This document shows positions 11,250 to 23,410 of a DNA stretch of 64,000 nt, piece after piece. Positions within the stretch are counted from its first letter, which is position 1, and every line of letters starts with the position of its first letter. Below the pieces are notes generated by a model, which did no database searches, was not told the DNA's origin, and saw nothing but the letters and a program-made list of their open reading frames with translations. A program made the position numbers and the translations under genes. The DNA comes from Ancylonema sp. (lineage: Eukaryota), in contig JBFLGF010000002.1 in assembly GCA_050230475.1 (NCBI GenBank), forward strand, positions 62,001 to 126,000, in the 5' to 3' direction.

Positions 11250-14241
11250 ATGGCCCCTTCCGTGCTCGTTCCTGCGAGCCTTTCGTCTGCAGTCATTACT
11301 CTAAAAGTTTCAGGGCCAGGAAGTCATGGCTTGTTCGCTATTTCACCTAAGAGGTTCGGATCTGATGCAACTGGCAGCCAGGTCAACGGCTACCTCCCGA
11401 CCCAGAATAGAAAGTATGGCTAGCTGCATCCTTCACCTACCCCTCGTACGTACGAGGAGAATGTGTTAAGTTTGTGGAAATGGAAAGTTCTGCGAGATTT
11501 CTTTCGCAGCTAGAGATCATGCAGAGAGGATTGCGATAATGCAGAAATGTTTCGTGATTCAGTCCAACTCACTTGGTCAGGCCCATTGCTCATCCATCAT
11601 GATGAGCAAGGTGCTCCTGCTTATGGCTACGAACGCGGCCTACAATGCAGCTTATCAATCACATTGCGATGCATCAGGCTGCCTAGTGCTGATGATTCTG
11701 CGCAGCAATGTCGGTGGAGTGTGGTCGGTAATGTCTGCTTCCAGATCAATCATCGCAAATTTGTTTCATTCATTGACATTGGTGCTGGCAGCACTCTTAC
11801 GATCTCCATCCAACTTTCTACCATCACAGGATCAGCGAGGGAGTGGAGTGGGCGACATGGCTCGTCCACGCGGACCTCCACTGTGTTCCTTCCCGCTACA
11901 AGCGAGCTGCATCACTTATCACAAGATCCTCTGGTCAAAGCCCCGCGTCCTCTGATCAGAACGGATCTGCAGGCAGTGCTGGAGGTGGGGGAGAAGACAG
12001 TCGTGGAGTACTTAAAGCCCTCTCTCTCTTCAAGTCGTCCGGGAAAAGTGGCCCGACTCTCCCTGCGGCGCAAGTAGAGATAGAAACGGAGCTGTACACG
12101 CTGAAATGGCGGGAGCTGGTTTCTATGGTGGCTGTGCGAGAAGGAGTGAGTGTCGGTGTATTGAGGAAACTGAACCCGGGGGTTGATCTAGATCATGTGA
12201 GATCAAAGCAGCAGATCATCATTCCCAAGCGGAGGGACATCGACACTGGGACCCTCTGTCCCACGCGATTGGATGCCCTCCCCACTCCCCTCCCCCCATC
12301 TGCCGCACCTTCCCTAGCAGTACACCCCACCCTCTGCCCCCCTGCTGCCCCTCCCTCAGACTTGTCCTCCACCGATGTGGCATCCCACAAAGGAAGGGAT
12401 GGAGGTGGTTTGGGGGCAGCTTTAGCGAGCGTTGTGAGAAAACTGAAGGGTGTGAACCCAGGGGAAAGGCCTCCGCATGAGGTTGTAGAGACTGCCGCAT
12501 ATCGGTTCCGAAGGGGTGACACGTTCTCTACCTTGGCGAGGGAATGGGGTGTGAGTGAGGACCACCTTCTGGCGCTCAACCCCACCTTGTCTGTAGAGAG
12601 GCTCAAGGCTGGCACCATCATCATGGTGCCTAAGGAAAACCTTCAAGGTGGGCAGTGGGAGCAGGGAGGGGATGGGAGAGGTGGGAGGCTGGAGGCGGAT
12701 GGCAGTAGGAGCTGCATGATCCAGCCTGCTGACTGTCTGCTGACAGTGGCACGGAGGTATGGTGTCTCTGTGGACGATATCGTTCAGGCAAACGGGCTGA
12801 TGGAGAATGAACGAATCCGGGTGGGACAGGTGCTCACAATCCCTGAACCGAAGGGGGTGATCCGCCCGACCACTGCCCAGCTGGCAGCCTCTGGTCTGCC
12901 CGGGTATCTGGGAGTGCCAACAAGGACGTTTCAGATGCTCACATTTGCTTCTGTACTTGTAGCGGTCGCTGTGGGAGGGTGGCTGGTAGCCAGGTCTGAA
13001 GCCAGGAAGGGGAAGGGGAATGCACCTCTGACAGCCGTCGCCCAGCGAGAAAGGGGGGGGCAGGACTTGGCTACCCATCTCAATCTGCCACCGGGCAGTG
13101 GAGGGGGGCTGGGACAGGTGGCGGGCACCTCTGGTTGGGGGAAAGGGGTAACGTTAGAAGTGGCATTCGAGGAGGCTTTCGGAGGTGCCGCTGAGGTGGC
13201 AGGGAACGGAAATGCTGACCTCATCATAGCCAATGCGGGCCCCTGCCTCCCATCTGAACCCGATACAAGCCTCCCTCAGGTTTTGGGATTCCTTGAAGAG
13301 AAAGTCGAAGGAGGTGGTCAGCTGCTGGGGATGGCTGCCTCCGGGGGTAGGGAGGCGGGGGCTCTGTTCTCAGCATCTGTGCTTCTGTTGGAAACACCTG
13401 GAAGGAAGGCAGCAACGTGCAGTGTTGGAGTGGGGGAGGCGGAGGCAGTGGAGGCTGCAGTGCAGAGAGCGGCCGAGGGTTTGGCGAGTGGGGTGAGAGT
13501 GTGATGGCTGCTTGCCTATACTTGGGGGGGGGGGGGGCTTCATGTTCACTGACTGGGCATCGCCATGGGTGGGGGGGGACAGGTGTCGCCTCAGGGACTG
13601 AAGTCTGTCGTGGCTTGCGTATGTTTGGATCACGTGCCAGCTGTCCAAAGAGTGGTGAGGCACAATGAAGACACCAGTTCAAGAAATCGGTGGGAGACCA
13701 CTGATGGACCAATGCATGGACCACTCACTCATCCTTGGATGTAGTTGGTTGGTACTTGGATGGTTGAACGATTAACTGGTTGGTTAGTTGGTTGGCGCTG
13801 GCAGCATGAGTTTCGTCTGAAATCCAGACATGGTACAGGGTCTCAAGTGTTACAGAAGAGAGATATAATTCTTGTTTACAGTGCGCCTGGCTTCGGCAGT
13901 CAATCAGTTGTGCGCCAGGTCATCTCAGGCCAGCCCCCCAACGTAATCCACTGGGCTCCCTCCTGCAGTTGGCCCATCTCTTTCCCAACCTCTCCATCTA
14001 CACAGTGACATGCAATGAGGGGGCTAATCGGCCAGACTGGTTTGTCTCAGAGGGTGGGGGGAAGCTTCCTCAAGCCCGCCCCTCCTGTGGGCTTTCGCTG
14101 ATCGGGGTACCTACAGAGGCGGCTTATCAGGGAGCCAATCTTGCGTGTGTCATTGGCCAGTGGCTGTATGGCAGTCAGCTGAGGTTGTGCGCCCACGCGC
14201 CCACGAGGAATGTGGGTGATGAACAAGTTGTGCACATCTGA
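11250..14241 (+). CDS. Predicted plastid-targeted protein with 3 LysM domains, one TM helix and a C-terminal FIST-N-like domain (~723 aa)
   Basis: Phase-compatible exons 11250-11413, 11830-13492, 13583-13654, 13969-14241. LysM-like units YTLKWRELVSMVAVREGVSVGVLRKLNP...QQIIIP, YRFRRGDTFSTLAREWGVSEDHLLALNP...GTIIMVP and CMIQPADCLLTVARRYGVSVDDIVQANG...GQVLTIP. TM segment MLTFASVLVAVAVGGWLVA. LysM calls are strong; the FIST and targeting calls are inference. Confidence 0.8.
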
Positions 14242-15364
14242 TTGCATAATGTATCTGGTGTAGGGCATTCATCTTAATGAGGTAGAGGGCATACTTTTGT
14301 TTGAGAAACCGTGTGAAGGTTTCACCAAGTCAGTGAGTGTAGGAGATCTTGTATCCGAACCTGTATATCAGTGTTGTCATGAATAATGACGCAAATAAAT
14401 ATGCATCCAACTGGGGCAGCTGTGAAAGTTACACACGATCCTGCCCTCAGGATTTCTTCAAAATCTCAGATTGAAGGCATGAGTTTCCCAGTGATAAAAA
14501 TGTCTCTGGAAACAACCACCAGTGGCAGGGGCTGGATCTGTTAAGTGCTCGGATGTTCATGATGTATGGGTGCTACATAGATGTTTCCGATGTGGGTAGA
14601 GAAGACTATTGTGTGAAAGTGGACATAAATAAACATTGCTTTGTTTTACTCGCATGAGGAGTACACCTGAGCACACATGGTTCCAGTCTGGTTTCGGTGT
14701 GAGACCGACATTGGCTCATGAGCCTTGGACCAGAGTCATATAGACAGGAAGGAAAGACATTCAATATAGATCTAGCAAAAAACAACCTTTGCAACCACCT
14801 AACGCTTCAGACACGTTACGTCCAAGCCCGAGCATTGCCTTTCCATTGGGTGTGCTAGGGATTTGCAATTGGCATGCCTTAAGTACCAGTGAGGTATTGG
14901 CGATCGCCATTAGTTGTAGCGCATAAGTATGGGGCGGATATTGACTACATCGTATAGCATGTGTGAGCGGACACGTGTGTGGTGCATTACCGTTTCGCAC
15001 ATGTGTAGTGCATGTAACGACGAGGTTCGTTGGAACGATAGGAAGATACGTGTGAATATGACACGACACCATCAAAAGGTGTCGATGTGTGTCTCTTGTT
15101 CCAGCCCGCCTGCGCATTCTTGACAAAAGTATGCTAGGGCAGCATTTACCGTCGTTCAGGCCTGCCATGTTTGCTAGTCAAATTTGAGCTGCAAAACCTA
15201 AAAATATTTGGCTAGAGGTCCGGTAGGATAAAAAAAAATCCACTATAACTTTAATCTGGCTGAAAGGTAGCAAGTAGGAGATGAGACAAGAGGTTTGGTT
15301 TCGGGGTGGTTGGGTTCATGGAAGGCCATCAACTGCAGCTGGCAACTCCACCTGTCACTTGCTA

Positions 15365-16035
15365 AAAGTCTGATTTTTCTGTTTTTTGCCCAAAAACGAA
15401 TACTGACCTGTTTAAGAGTGAGAGCTACCCAAAACAAGATATCACCTAGGTTTTGAGCGTGAGCGCTCGAAACTGTCATGTATGCTAATGTTGTGAGATG
15501 TATCGTAAGCGCTATACATCGATAAATTAGTTGATCCGCCCGTTCCTACCGCAGTCATCGATGAATTGGGAGTGCCAGCCAAGATGCAAACAACGCGATG
15601 ACAGTGCACAACGAATGCAAGGAAAGCGTTGAACACCACCGGGGCACACTCCGAAACGATAAGGGTTAGAGTGTCATAGAGAGGTAATGTGAGGTTCTGA
15701 GCTGCAACTAGGGCCAAGCGAGTTGGCACACTAACTTGACGCCTAGCGATCGCACGATTACGCCTTGTCCAAGCATTCCACATGCGTGAATATTATGACT
15801 CCTTATCGCCTTCATATCAATCCCGACTTTGGTCGAGACTGTACATTGACTGCACATTACTAAGAGATACGTGCGTGTGCGACATCATGCACCGCCGCCT
15901 AAGGATCCGCCGGGTTTTCCGCCACTCCGCTACAACGTTGTCATACCCGCTATATCGCGAAACAATATGCGCCATACAACCACACGCGCCGGTGATGCAA
16001 CTACCATACATGCACACGACCATATATGAACCGAC
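15365..16035 (+). repeat. Interspersed repeat family A (unclassified)
   Basis: Shares long blocks (gcccaaaaacgaatact, ggaaagcg.tgaacaccaccgg.gcacactc.gaaacgataaggg, catcatgcaccgccgccta.ggatccg) with ~32960-33640, ~34540-34975 and ~36760-37015. Confidence 0.8.
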
Positions 16036-16139
16036 AATGCAAAGCCACATCAAAGGCGTGCTGGAATGGAACACACATAATATGATGAATGGTGATTGCG
16101 CATACAGCTGCGATAAATCTGTATTTCGAACATTTGGTC

Positions 16140-17577
16140 ATTGTATATGTGAGGAATGCTGCAACATATTTGTATACTACTAATGACAATAGTTTTAGTT
16201 GGCCAAAGTTGCCATTAAGGTTATCGGACAAATGGCGTGGGTTGTTTTCGTGGTGTTGAGTTTGTTCTTTTGATGTGTATGACATGAAGTGCCTATATCG
16301 GAGAAAGGTAGATTTGTGACGCGTGTACTTTAGTTTGTAATGGTTCGTTTAGTTTGTATCGGAGAATTTGTGTCAGTGACAGCGTGGCGGCGGCGTGGCC
16401 TAGCTTGGCGCGCGCTTGCTTATTTATGAAGATTGTGTATGACCGGTTTTAGATTGATCGTTCGATATATATAGGGTCGTTAGTCGTTTAGATGTGTTTT
16501 GGACTTAACTACGTGTCCAAGGTCAGACTTTTGGCTATCAGACCTAGATTTGCGCAACGAACCAATATAGGTACAATTCTTCTCCGGTGTTGTTTTTACT
16601 ACTTGAAAGAAGATTTGTCAATGGGTTTTTGCTAAGTGTCTACGAGAATGCGAATGAGTTAAGCATATTCTTGTGCTGTGTTATGTGTTGAATATTGAGT
16701 TGAGTTGTACGCCAGCATGGCGTCTCACAGTATATACATGGATGTATGTCTGCTTAGTGTTCATGAAATAACATATTCTTCAAAACCGATGGACAATTCT
16801 TTTCTTACTTCACCCTTTCAACTTGTAAGAGCTGTAACTTTTCAACTTTCCCCATTTTTGGACATGCATATATGTATGCGATCCTGCCTGGAAGTGGGAG
16901 CATGTTGTGAACGCCATATTGACGTCCACTCTTATCTAAACTCTTAACTCACTCTTAAACACAAATAGTGCTCAATGACTATTTAACACATACTCATACT
17001 CAATTGCGCATTCATATTCTCATCAAACTCATGCTCATTGTGCGCGACACATAGACAAAGCTTCTTTCACATAAAAGCAAGTAAAAACAAATACCGGAGA
17101 AGAATTGTCACTATAGTGGTTCGGTAAGCGAATCTCGACTCGCTAGCCAAAAGTATGACCTTGGAACACGCAACCGATTCCAAAGCACACCTAAACGACT
17201 TACGACCCTTGATACGCCGAACGATCAATTTAAACTCGGTCATACAAAATCTTCATAAATACGCACGCGCGCGCCAAGTTAGGCTACGCCATCGCTACGC
17301 TGTCACTGACACAAAATTGCCGATACATTATTCTAACCAACCGTACAACCAATATGACAAACCAAAATAACACGCGTCGCAAATACTACCTACCTCCGAT
17401 GTAAGCACCAAACACATCTTATCCATTTCATAGACGCACACTCACACACAAAACCAAAAAACGTCACCGAACACGCCAAGAGTTTCCGTCACACTAAATT
17501 GGCAACTTTGGCCACCTAAAAGTTTAACACTAATTTAATATACAAGTTATGTTGCAGCACATATCTCACACATGTAA
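16140..17577. repeat. Long diverged inverted repeat (arms ~16140-16690 and ~16975-17577)
   Basis: ttggccaaagttgcca / tggcaactttggcca, tttgtgtcagtgacagcgt / acgctgtcactgacacaaa and acaattcttctccggt / accggagaagaattgt occur colinearly in opposite orientation. A related copy lies at ~31895-32225. Confidence 0.85.
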
Positions 17578-18009
17578 GCTTCATTAAAAAAATTGGCATG
17601 CACGAACGGATGCACGCAATATCCAAACAAGTCCAAGTCATTATGGCAATCGATTTTGTATGATGAGTACACGCATACATGTCTCCAAATCTTCAAAATG
17701 ATTATCGGAGTATGTCTAGTGAACATATTGGCCTGTACTATGCATATCAAAACAGTGGCGTCCTATCGTAATTCGCAGGGTGTATGAACTGTTTTGTGTA
17801 CAACCAACACACTAAGAATTGCTACGCATAGAAACCACTAGAATTAATGGCCAAAATCACTAGCTAGGTCACCTTGCGACCGAGTATTCGAACCTCGCTG
17901 TAAGTACTTCTTTCACCACTAAATACCTCGGCAGCCGTCGTCGCAGCGCCTCACTCCCTTCTTGCGATATCAGTCAGTCGCGCGCAATTATTATCGAGAA
18001 TGAGAAGCA

Positions 18010-18330
18010 AAATAATGTCGTGCCATCTAGCATCGTGATACACTCTCACGTGCCATCCTATTGTTATAACGAACATCATCGTTAACTACACTCCATGTGT
18101 ACGAAACGCTACTTGAAGTCACACGTGTCTGCACACACGTGTTACAAGATCTAGTCAAGATCCGCATTATCCTTGTGCGAGATAACAATTGGCTATTGTA
18201 CATACTTCACCAGTCTATGAAGCACACCAAACACTATTTTCCAATCTACTCTACGGCAAGGCAATGCCCTGGTCAGAATGTAGAGTGTTCGATGCTTAAA
18301 TATATGTGTGTAATGCAATATTAATTCGAT
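18010..18330 (+). repeat. Interspersed repeat family C (unclassified)
   Basis: tcgtgccatctagcatcgtg...cacacgtg...gatctagtcaagatccgca recurs at ~27640-27855 and inverted at ~36480-36760. Confidence 0.7.
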
Positions 18331-18769
18331 CGATACAGAATGCACAAGCCACATTCACATTCTTTATGCATTTGAATGCATAAAGAATTCACGAAGGCAG
18401 AAATGCTAGCCGAACTCGGATTCAGATTACACAAAGACTACAGAGTGAATTTGACAACGGTTCCCGAGGTGTACACATATCGAATGAGATTTGTGTACAA
18501 AGATTACACTTTTGTGTTCTTTTCTTGCTGCCTAGCTGCCTACGATCGTTTTGTGGCGCCACAAATCCGACCTGCCGCCAAACAACCTTGCTACTCAATT
18601 CCTAGCCAAGTATTCTCTTAACCACATCACCTAAATCACGTAGAGGCAATGCATGGCTGACACGAAGCGTTTACTGCAGTCTTGCCGACCAGTTGTATTG
18701 CCGGTTTAAGCTTTGTGTGGCGTAGCATACATTTAATCAACAATGCAGCACCTTAAGCCTTGTTGCGAC

Positions 18770-19148
18770 TTCAAACAATTACTGTCAACTCATCCCGAAA
18801 ACCACACAACTGCCATCGTGGTGTTGCACTGCACTAAATCAATTGTATCGGAGACGTATGTAGACCTAGCTCATTGCCAACATGCTGCTAGAAGTGGTCA
18901 TCGTGAATATAGCAGAGCAATCATGGCGTTAATCAACAATTAAGGCCTTCTACTGCGAGGCGAATCTTGCTTGATAAATGTGTCCTCGCACAAGTGCCAA
19001 ATTATTATAGCACCGCAAATATCCACACATGGGCCAAATCATCGTATAGACGCAAATACCCGCTCCCGCACCAATTCGCCATCTAAGCACATTCACCTGT
19101 GCCCCCAAAAAATCACCATATAGGCACACGCTCGTCCATTGCCCGACA
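18770..19148 (-). repeat. Interspersed repeat family E, inverted copy of ~34974-35330
   Basis: Both begin tgtcgg(g/a)caat...gtgcct.tatggtgattt and share gcgg.tatttgcgtc and aacgccatgatt. Confidence 0.6.
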
Positions 19149-19214
19149 AAAACAATAATGAGCTAGTGCGAGAGATTTGGATTCTGTGAGGTCGCGAGGA
19201 GAGGAACAGCGAAC

Positions 19215-19654
19215 TGTTAAATCCATCTCTTGCGGATTTCTCTCACACGAGTAATGTTTCATACCAGTGCCCATACACTGAACATGCACACTTCACAATC
19301 AGATTGATTACGCCAAGAATTGCGAGTATGATCAATTAGATTCCCAATTTCCAAAATACTAACCTTGAACAAGTTCCGCTAAACACGAAAATGAGTCGAC
19401 CTACTCAGATCCGCGCCCACGACTACTTCAACGATACAAATGTATGAGTCATGAATATGCCACATCATACGTACTCGAGTGCACCAATCAGAAGTCTACA
19501 CCTGAAATTACAATCCACACATTCAATGCTCACGCCGTCATTCACATAGACCAATAGAAATGCGGTTTCGATTGACATGCGTCCGGATGACCGTTTCGAC
19601 CGGATTAACTATGCCGGACTAGGAACTTGAGCAAAAAGACAACCTATTCCTACA
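19215..19654 (-). mobile_element. Solo LTR (Copia family of the element at 62781) with 5-bp TSD
   Basis: TG...CA termini flanked by CGAAC at 19210-19214 and 19655-19659. Its reverse complement aligns along its length with LTR 62781-63255. Confidence 0.92.
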
Positions 19655-20331
19655 CGAACCACGAGTGTCCCAATGAAAACCAAGCGGTAAAGATTACAGT
19701 GAGCGGAAGAGTACCGGCAATCAAATTCTAGGTACATCTGATATGTCATCGACTGTAGAAGAACTGGACATTTCGCAGCTGTTGATCCTGATAGCCAAAT
19801 ATTGTCGGGTATCTTAGAGGGTTTAATTAACGGTGAGCTGCGTTGTGCGAGACGCGATACAGCGGTACGCGCGAAAAATCAACGAGGCGCGAGAAAGGTC
19901 GTGCTTTCAATTGGTTTTCTCACGCGTCTGGCGATATTATCATTGGACGAAGAAATCCACTGGCTGAGTGGATTTGGAATTTGGGAGAGCATATTTTAGG
20001 CCTGGATTGATTTGGAGCTCCGGGTGGATTTGGATCTGTTGATCGCCGCGGTTTGTGGACGGCATAGGAGCGGAAATTTCACAGATCGGTGGCGATCAAA
20101 GGCGAAGTCTATAAAAAGCCGAGATCCACCCACATTGGCAGACGGCATAAGAAATACCAAGTATTGCTTCGAGGCGAATTACTGTTTTATCTTCACACAG
20201 GAGAATAAATTGCGTCTCATACAGTAGAGATTGTCTAGCATGTCTTGACACGGCGCCTACGTGCGCACCTACAAAAAGAGTCTGGCTTGCGGGTTTCTGG
20301 GAGTATATTTCCGCTACTAAAGGACATTGCC

Positions 20332-22020
20332 ATGAAGATTCGAGTCAGAACTTCAGACGGAGATACCGTCCGAGTAGTACTCCCAGAACTTTGCGACCTT
20401 CGAACTCTGCGAGAACGTGTGGCTACTGTTCTAAACTATCCGATAGAACGTCTTCGCATGTCTTTGAACAAACGAGACGAATTAGACGGCCCCGGGAATC
20501 TTCACTTGTCATCCTTTGGAATTCGGGGGGGAGATATTCTGTACATATTGCAAAGCCATGATTCTACGAAATCTCGTGCTTCATCTGTTGGTCTTGGGCC
20601 AGTTGAAATTACGTCTGCGCACGTAGATTCTACCCTGAACACTTCAGCATCCACCTCATCTGGGACGCAACAAACACAGCGGGATCACTGTGCTGCTGCA
20701 GCTGCTAGGCGACTGGAAGCAGCGGTGCTGCCGTGTGCAAGCAGCTGTATTCTCACGGACAGTGCCTCATCTACGAAGGTGCAAGATACCAATCCCATGG
20801 ACTCTCGCACTGGGAGAATTGTAATATCATATGCTCCTGTGTCGACGGCATCGGATCAGACAAAAATAAATGCAGAAGCCATAGACGGAGCCCCTCTAGA
20901 CGTTCCAGGAACTTTTCACCGGCTCCTGGTGGAAGGAGAAAAGTCCTTGCCAGCACACAGTCAGGCCAATTGGCTCCTGCTTGCTGTGCACGCTGCCATG
21001 CTTGACAGTGGTTTTCAAGTAGAGCCGCCTGCAGACGCGCAGCTGATGCTTGATAGAAGTATGCTACCTAAGGGCTGGAAGACTCAGCGCGTGCTGACTC
21101 TGCAATACTCACTGGCGGATACCAAAGCCACCTGCAGCCTGCGGGTCCAGACTATCGGAGGCACTATTGTGATTTACGGTGCGGTGGAAGGCCTAAGCAA
21201 GGGGAGAGTGACACGGTTGTGTCTTGACCTTGCCGCACAGTGCACTAGTGGAGAGAAGCTGGGTAAGGTCTCTGACATTTTTATAAACCGTCGGCAGTTG
21301 TGGAAAGATGTTAAGGACAAGTTGGCATTGCCACTACTCCATAGTCTTTGTCGCCATGCTGGGAAGGAGCCTCCTGCATCTCTCCTCAGCCTCCCGTCAG
21401 AGCTGACGTTGCACATTTTCATGAAGCTTACACCCAGGCATCAGGTCGAAAGGCAGACTCCTTCCTGTCCTCTGGCAGTCTGTGCATGCACCTGTTCGCA
21501 GCTTCGTTTCCTGGCAGCAGAGGACCAGCTTTGGAAGGCCAAGTATGAGGACAGGTTCAGTGCCTCTGCAAACGCAGTGGTAGAGAAGCCTGCTAGTCGC
21601 AGCTGGAAGGCGGCATTTGCTACCAGGTGGCGAATGGATAGGGAGAGGGAGCAAGGCTTGCATCGTTTGCGAAACCAATTTCATGATCATTTTCATGTAC
21701 AGGAGGACATCGTGCCTCGACACCCTTACTTTCAGCCTCCTGGCATGGTAGGGGGAGACTATGACCGCTTTCCTTTCATTGATGGAGGGGGTTTCATGAG
21801 TGATGGTAGGGCCTGGTTGAGTGGAGGGCCTGGGGATCTGAGGATGCCACATGGAATGGGACGCTTTGAAGAGGTGGGAGAATTTCCAGCTGGAGGACAT
21901 GAAGGGATTGGAGGATTCCAAATGCCTATGGTGCCTAATTTCCTGGGAGGGAGAGGGCAGGATGGCATGCTCGATAGGAGGGTGAAGCCCCGGTTTCAGC
22001 GGCCAGGAGGTCTCTTGTGA
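20332..22020 (+). CDS. Intronless F-box protein with N-terminal ubiquitin-like and PI31-like (FP) domains; SKIP22/FBXO7-like
   Basis: MKIRVRTSDGDTVRV...LSSFGIRGGDILY (Ubl), LLLAVHAAMLDSGF (PI31 N-terminal), LLSLPSELTLHIFMKL...CSQLRFLAAEDQLWK (F-box) and a Gly/Pro-rich tail with GGDYDRFP. Confidence 0.88.
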   Translation: MKIRVRTSDGDTVRVVLPELCDLRTLRERVATVLNYPIERLRMSLNKRDELDGPGNLHLSSFGIRGGDILYILQSHDSTKSRASSVGLGPVEITSAHVDSTLNTSASTSSGTQQTQRDHCAAAAARRLEAAVLPCASSCILTDSASSTKVQDTNPMDSRTGRIVISYAPVSTASDQTKINAEAIDGAPLDVPGTFHRLLVEGEKSLPAHSQANWLLLAVHAAMLDSGFQVEPPADAQLMLDRSMLPKGWKTQRVLTLQYSLADTKATCSLRVQTIGGTIVIYGAVEGLSKGRVTRLCLDLAAQCTSGEKLGKVSDIFINRRQLWKDVKDKLALPLLHSLCRHAGKEPPASLLSLPSELTLHIFMKLTPRHQVERQTPSCPLAVCACTCSQLRFLAAEDQLWKAKYEDRFSASANAVVEKPASRSWKAAFATRWRMDREREQGLHRLRNQFHDHFHVQEDIVPRHPYFQPPGMVGGDYDRFPFIDGGGFMSDGRAWLSGGPGDLRMPHGMGRFEEVGEFPAGGHEGIGGFQMPMVPNFLGGRGQDGMLDRRVKPRFQRPGGLL

Positions 22021-23410
22021 GCGCACATTTAGTGTGGGATATGGCCAGATTTGAAAGCCGCTTGAAATGCCGATGGGCCGATATGGAACATTGATGAGGG
22101 AAACTCGCTATGATGTTTCGCAAACAATTGGGTCCTCACCCCAATGCAATGTTTGGTGTAGTTGCTTGTAAGTAGATGTATGCTGCATGGATACTTGAAG
22201 TCAGTGGTAGTCAAGATTACAATCCTGTAGATATTGAAATGCTCGATGGTTATAATCAGTGTCAGATTTTCTTCATATAACTTTGTAATGGTTTAGTGTT
22301 CATATTGTTCTTAAATGTGGGTCTGTTATCCAAATGGTCGAGACTTTGCCTTTATAAAAACAAGTCGATAGTTATTTCGATGTCTCTCTTTGGGTTACTT
22401 GGAGACATGTCCGCTTCATCCATTCTACCAACAATTTGATAATGTCCGATTTAGGAAATCCTCCCAATTGTGTTGTCGTGGATCACCTTGGACTACCCAG
22501 TGGAAGGGATGCACATGTCACAGTCTTTGTTCGGCAGTAGCGGTTTTTGTGTGACCGTCTTTAACCCACCTTTATCATACAAGTCACTCGTTGCAAGTAA
22601 GAGGTGTGAAATGTGAGATGAAGTACTAATTGTGTCACCTACATGTGGCACACTTCCAAATACGACGAGTGAAGAAGGACACCATAATTTGTTAATTATC
22701 CCACTCACCAAAATCAAATTACAGCACATTTTTTAATCCTCCCAGCACCGCATCCATTCTCCCACACATTCCTCTATGTCGTTGGCAAAGTGTCGTCAAC
22801 CTTTGAAATCACAAAAGGAAACATCACAGCTGTATGCACCATGAAGGGTGTGTTGAAGCAAATTAATACATTGCACATAGATATGAATTCCACGGAAACA
22901 TGAAGTATAAAAGTAGTGAGGATAGATTCCCCATAGGAAGAGAGACCTGAGGTATGTATGAAATTGACACACCTCTACGGAACGAACGAAACACAGAAGA
23001 AGAACAAGTGATTCTACACGATACTCTCGATTTAACATGGTTTGTTAGTGGTTATTATTTCTCGGTTTCGAGTCCATTAATTGAGACAGGTTTTATTGAG
23101 CTGAGCTTGTCACTGAAGGGCTTGAAATAAGAGCGACTTTCTAGCTACATCCGCCATGTGTGTTTTCCGATGGAAAATTGATGCCTGTCTGTCTTTAAGC
23201 AGCGACAATGCTGCCGGCCAACTGCACTCCGAAGCTGCAGTGATGCGAATCCACAGATAAATTTTGAAGCACCACTCTTTGTGGTTAAACGCAACTGTAA
23301 AACGAGGGTGGAGATCAGTAGATTTTTGCGCTTAAGCGACGCATGTTTTACATGTCTCAGTTCAACTCTCCTCTCGTCGATTCCTGAATTTTCAAGTTTG
23401 ATGCCCCGCG

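Noticed and set aside
11843..13504. Intronless bacterial-like LysM gene from recent HGT or contamination
   Set aside because: Flanked by phase-compatible spliceosomal exons and a transit-peptide-like leader within contiguous eukaryotic DNA.
20245..20331. TTG-initiated extension of the F-box ORF
   Set aside because: The Ubl domain starts at ATG 20332 in good context (gccATGA); the upstream start comes from bacterial-style ORF calling.
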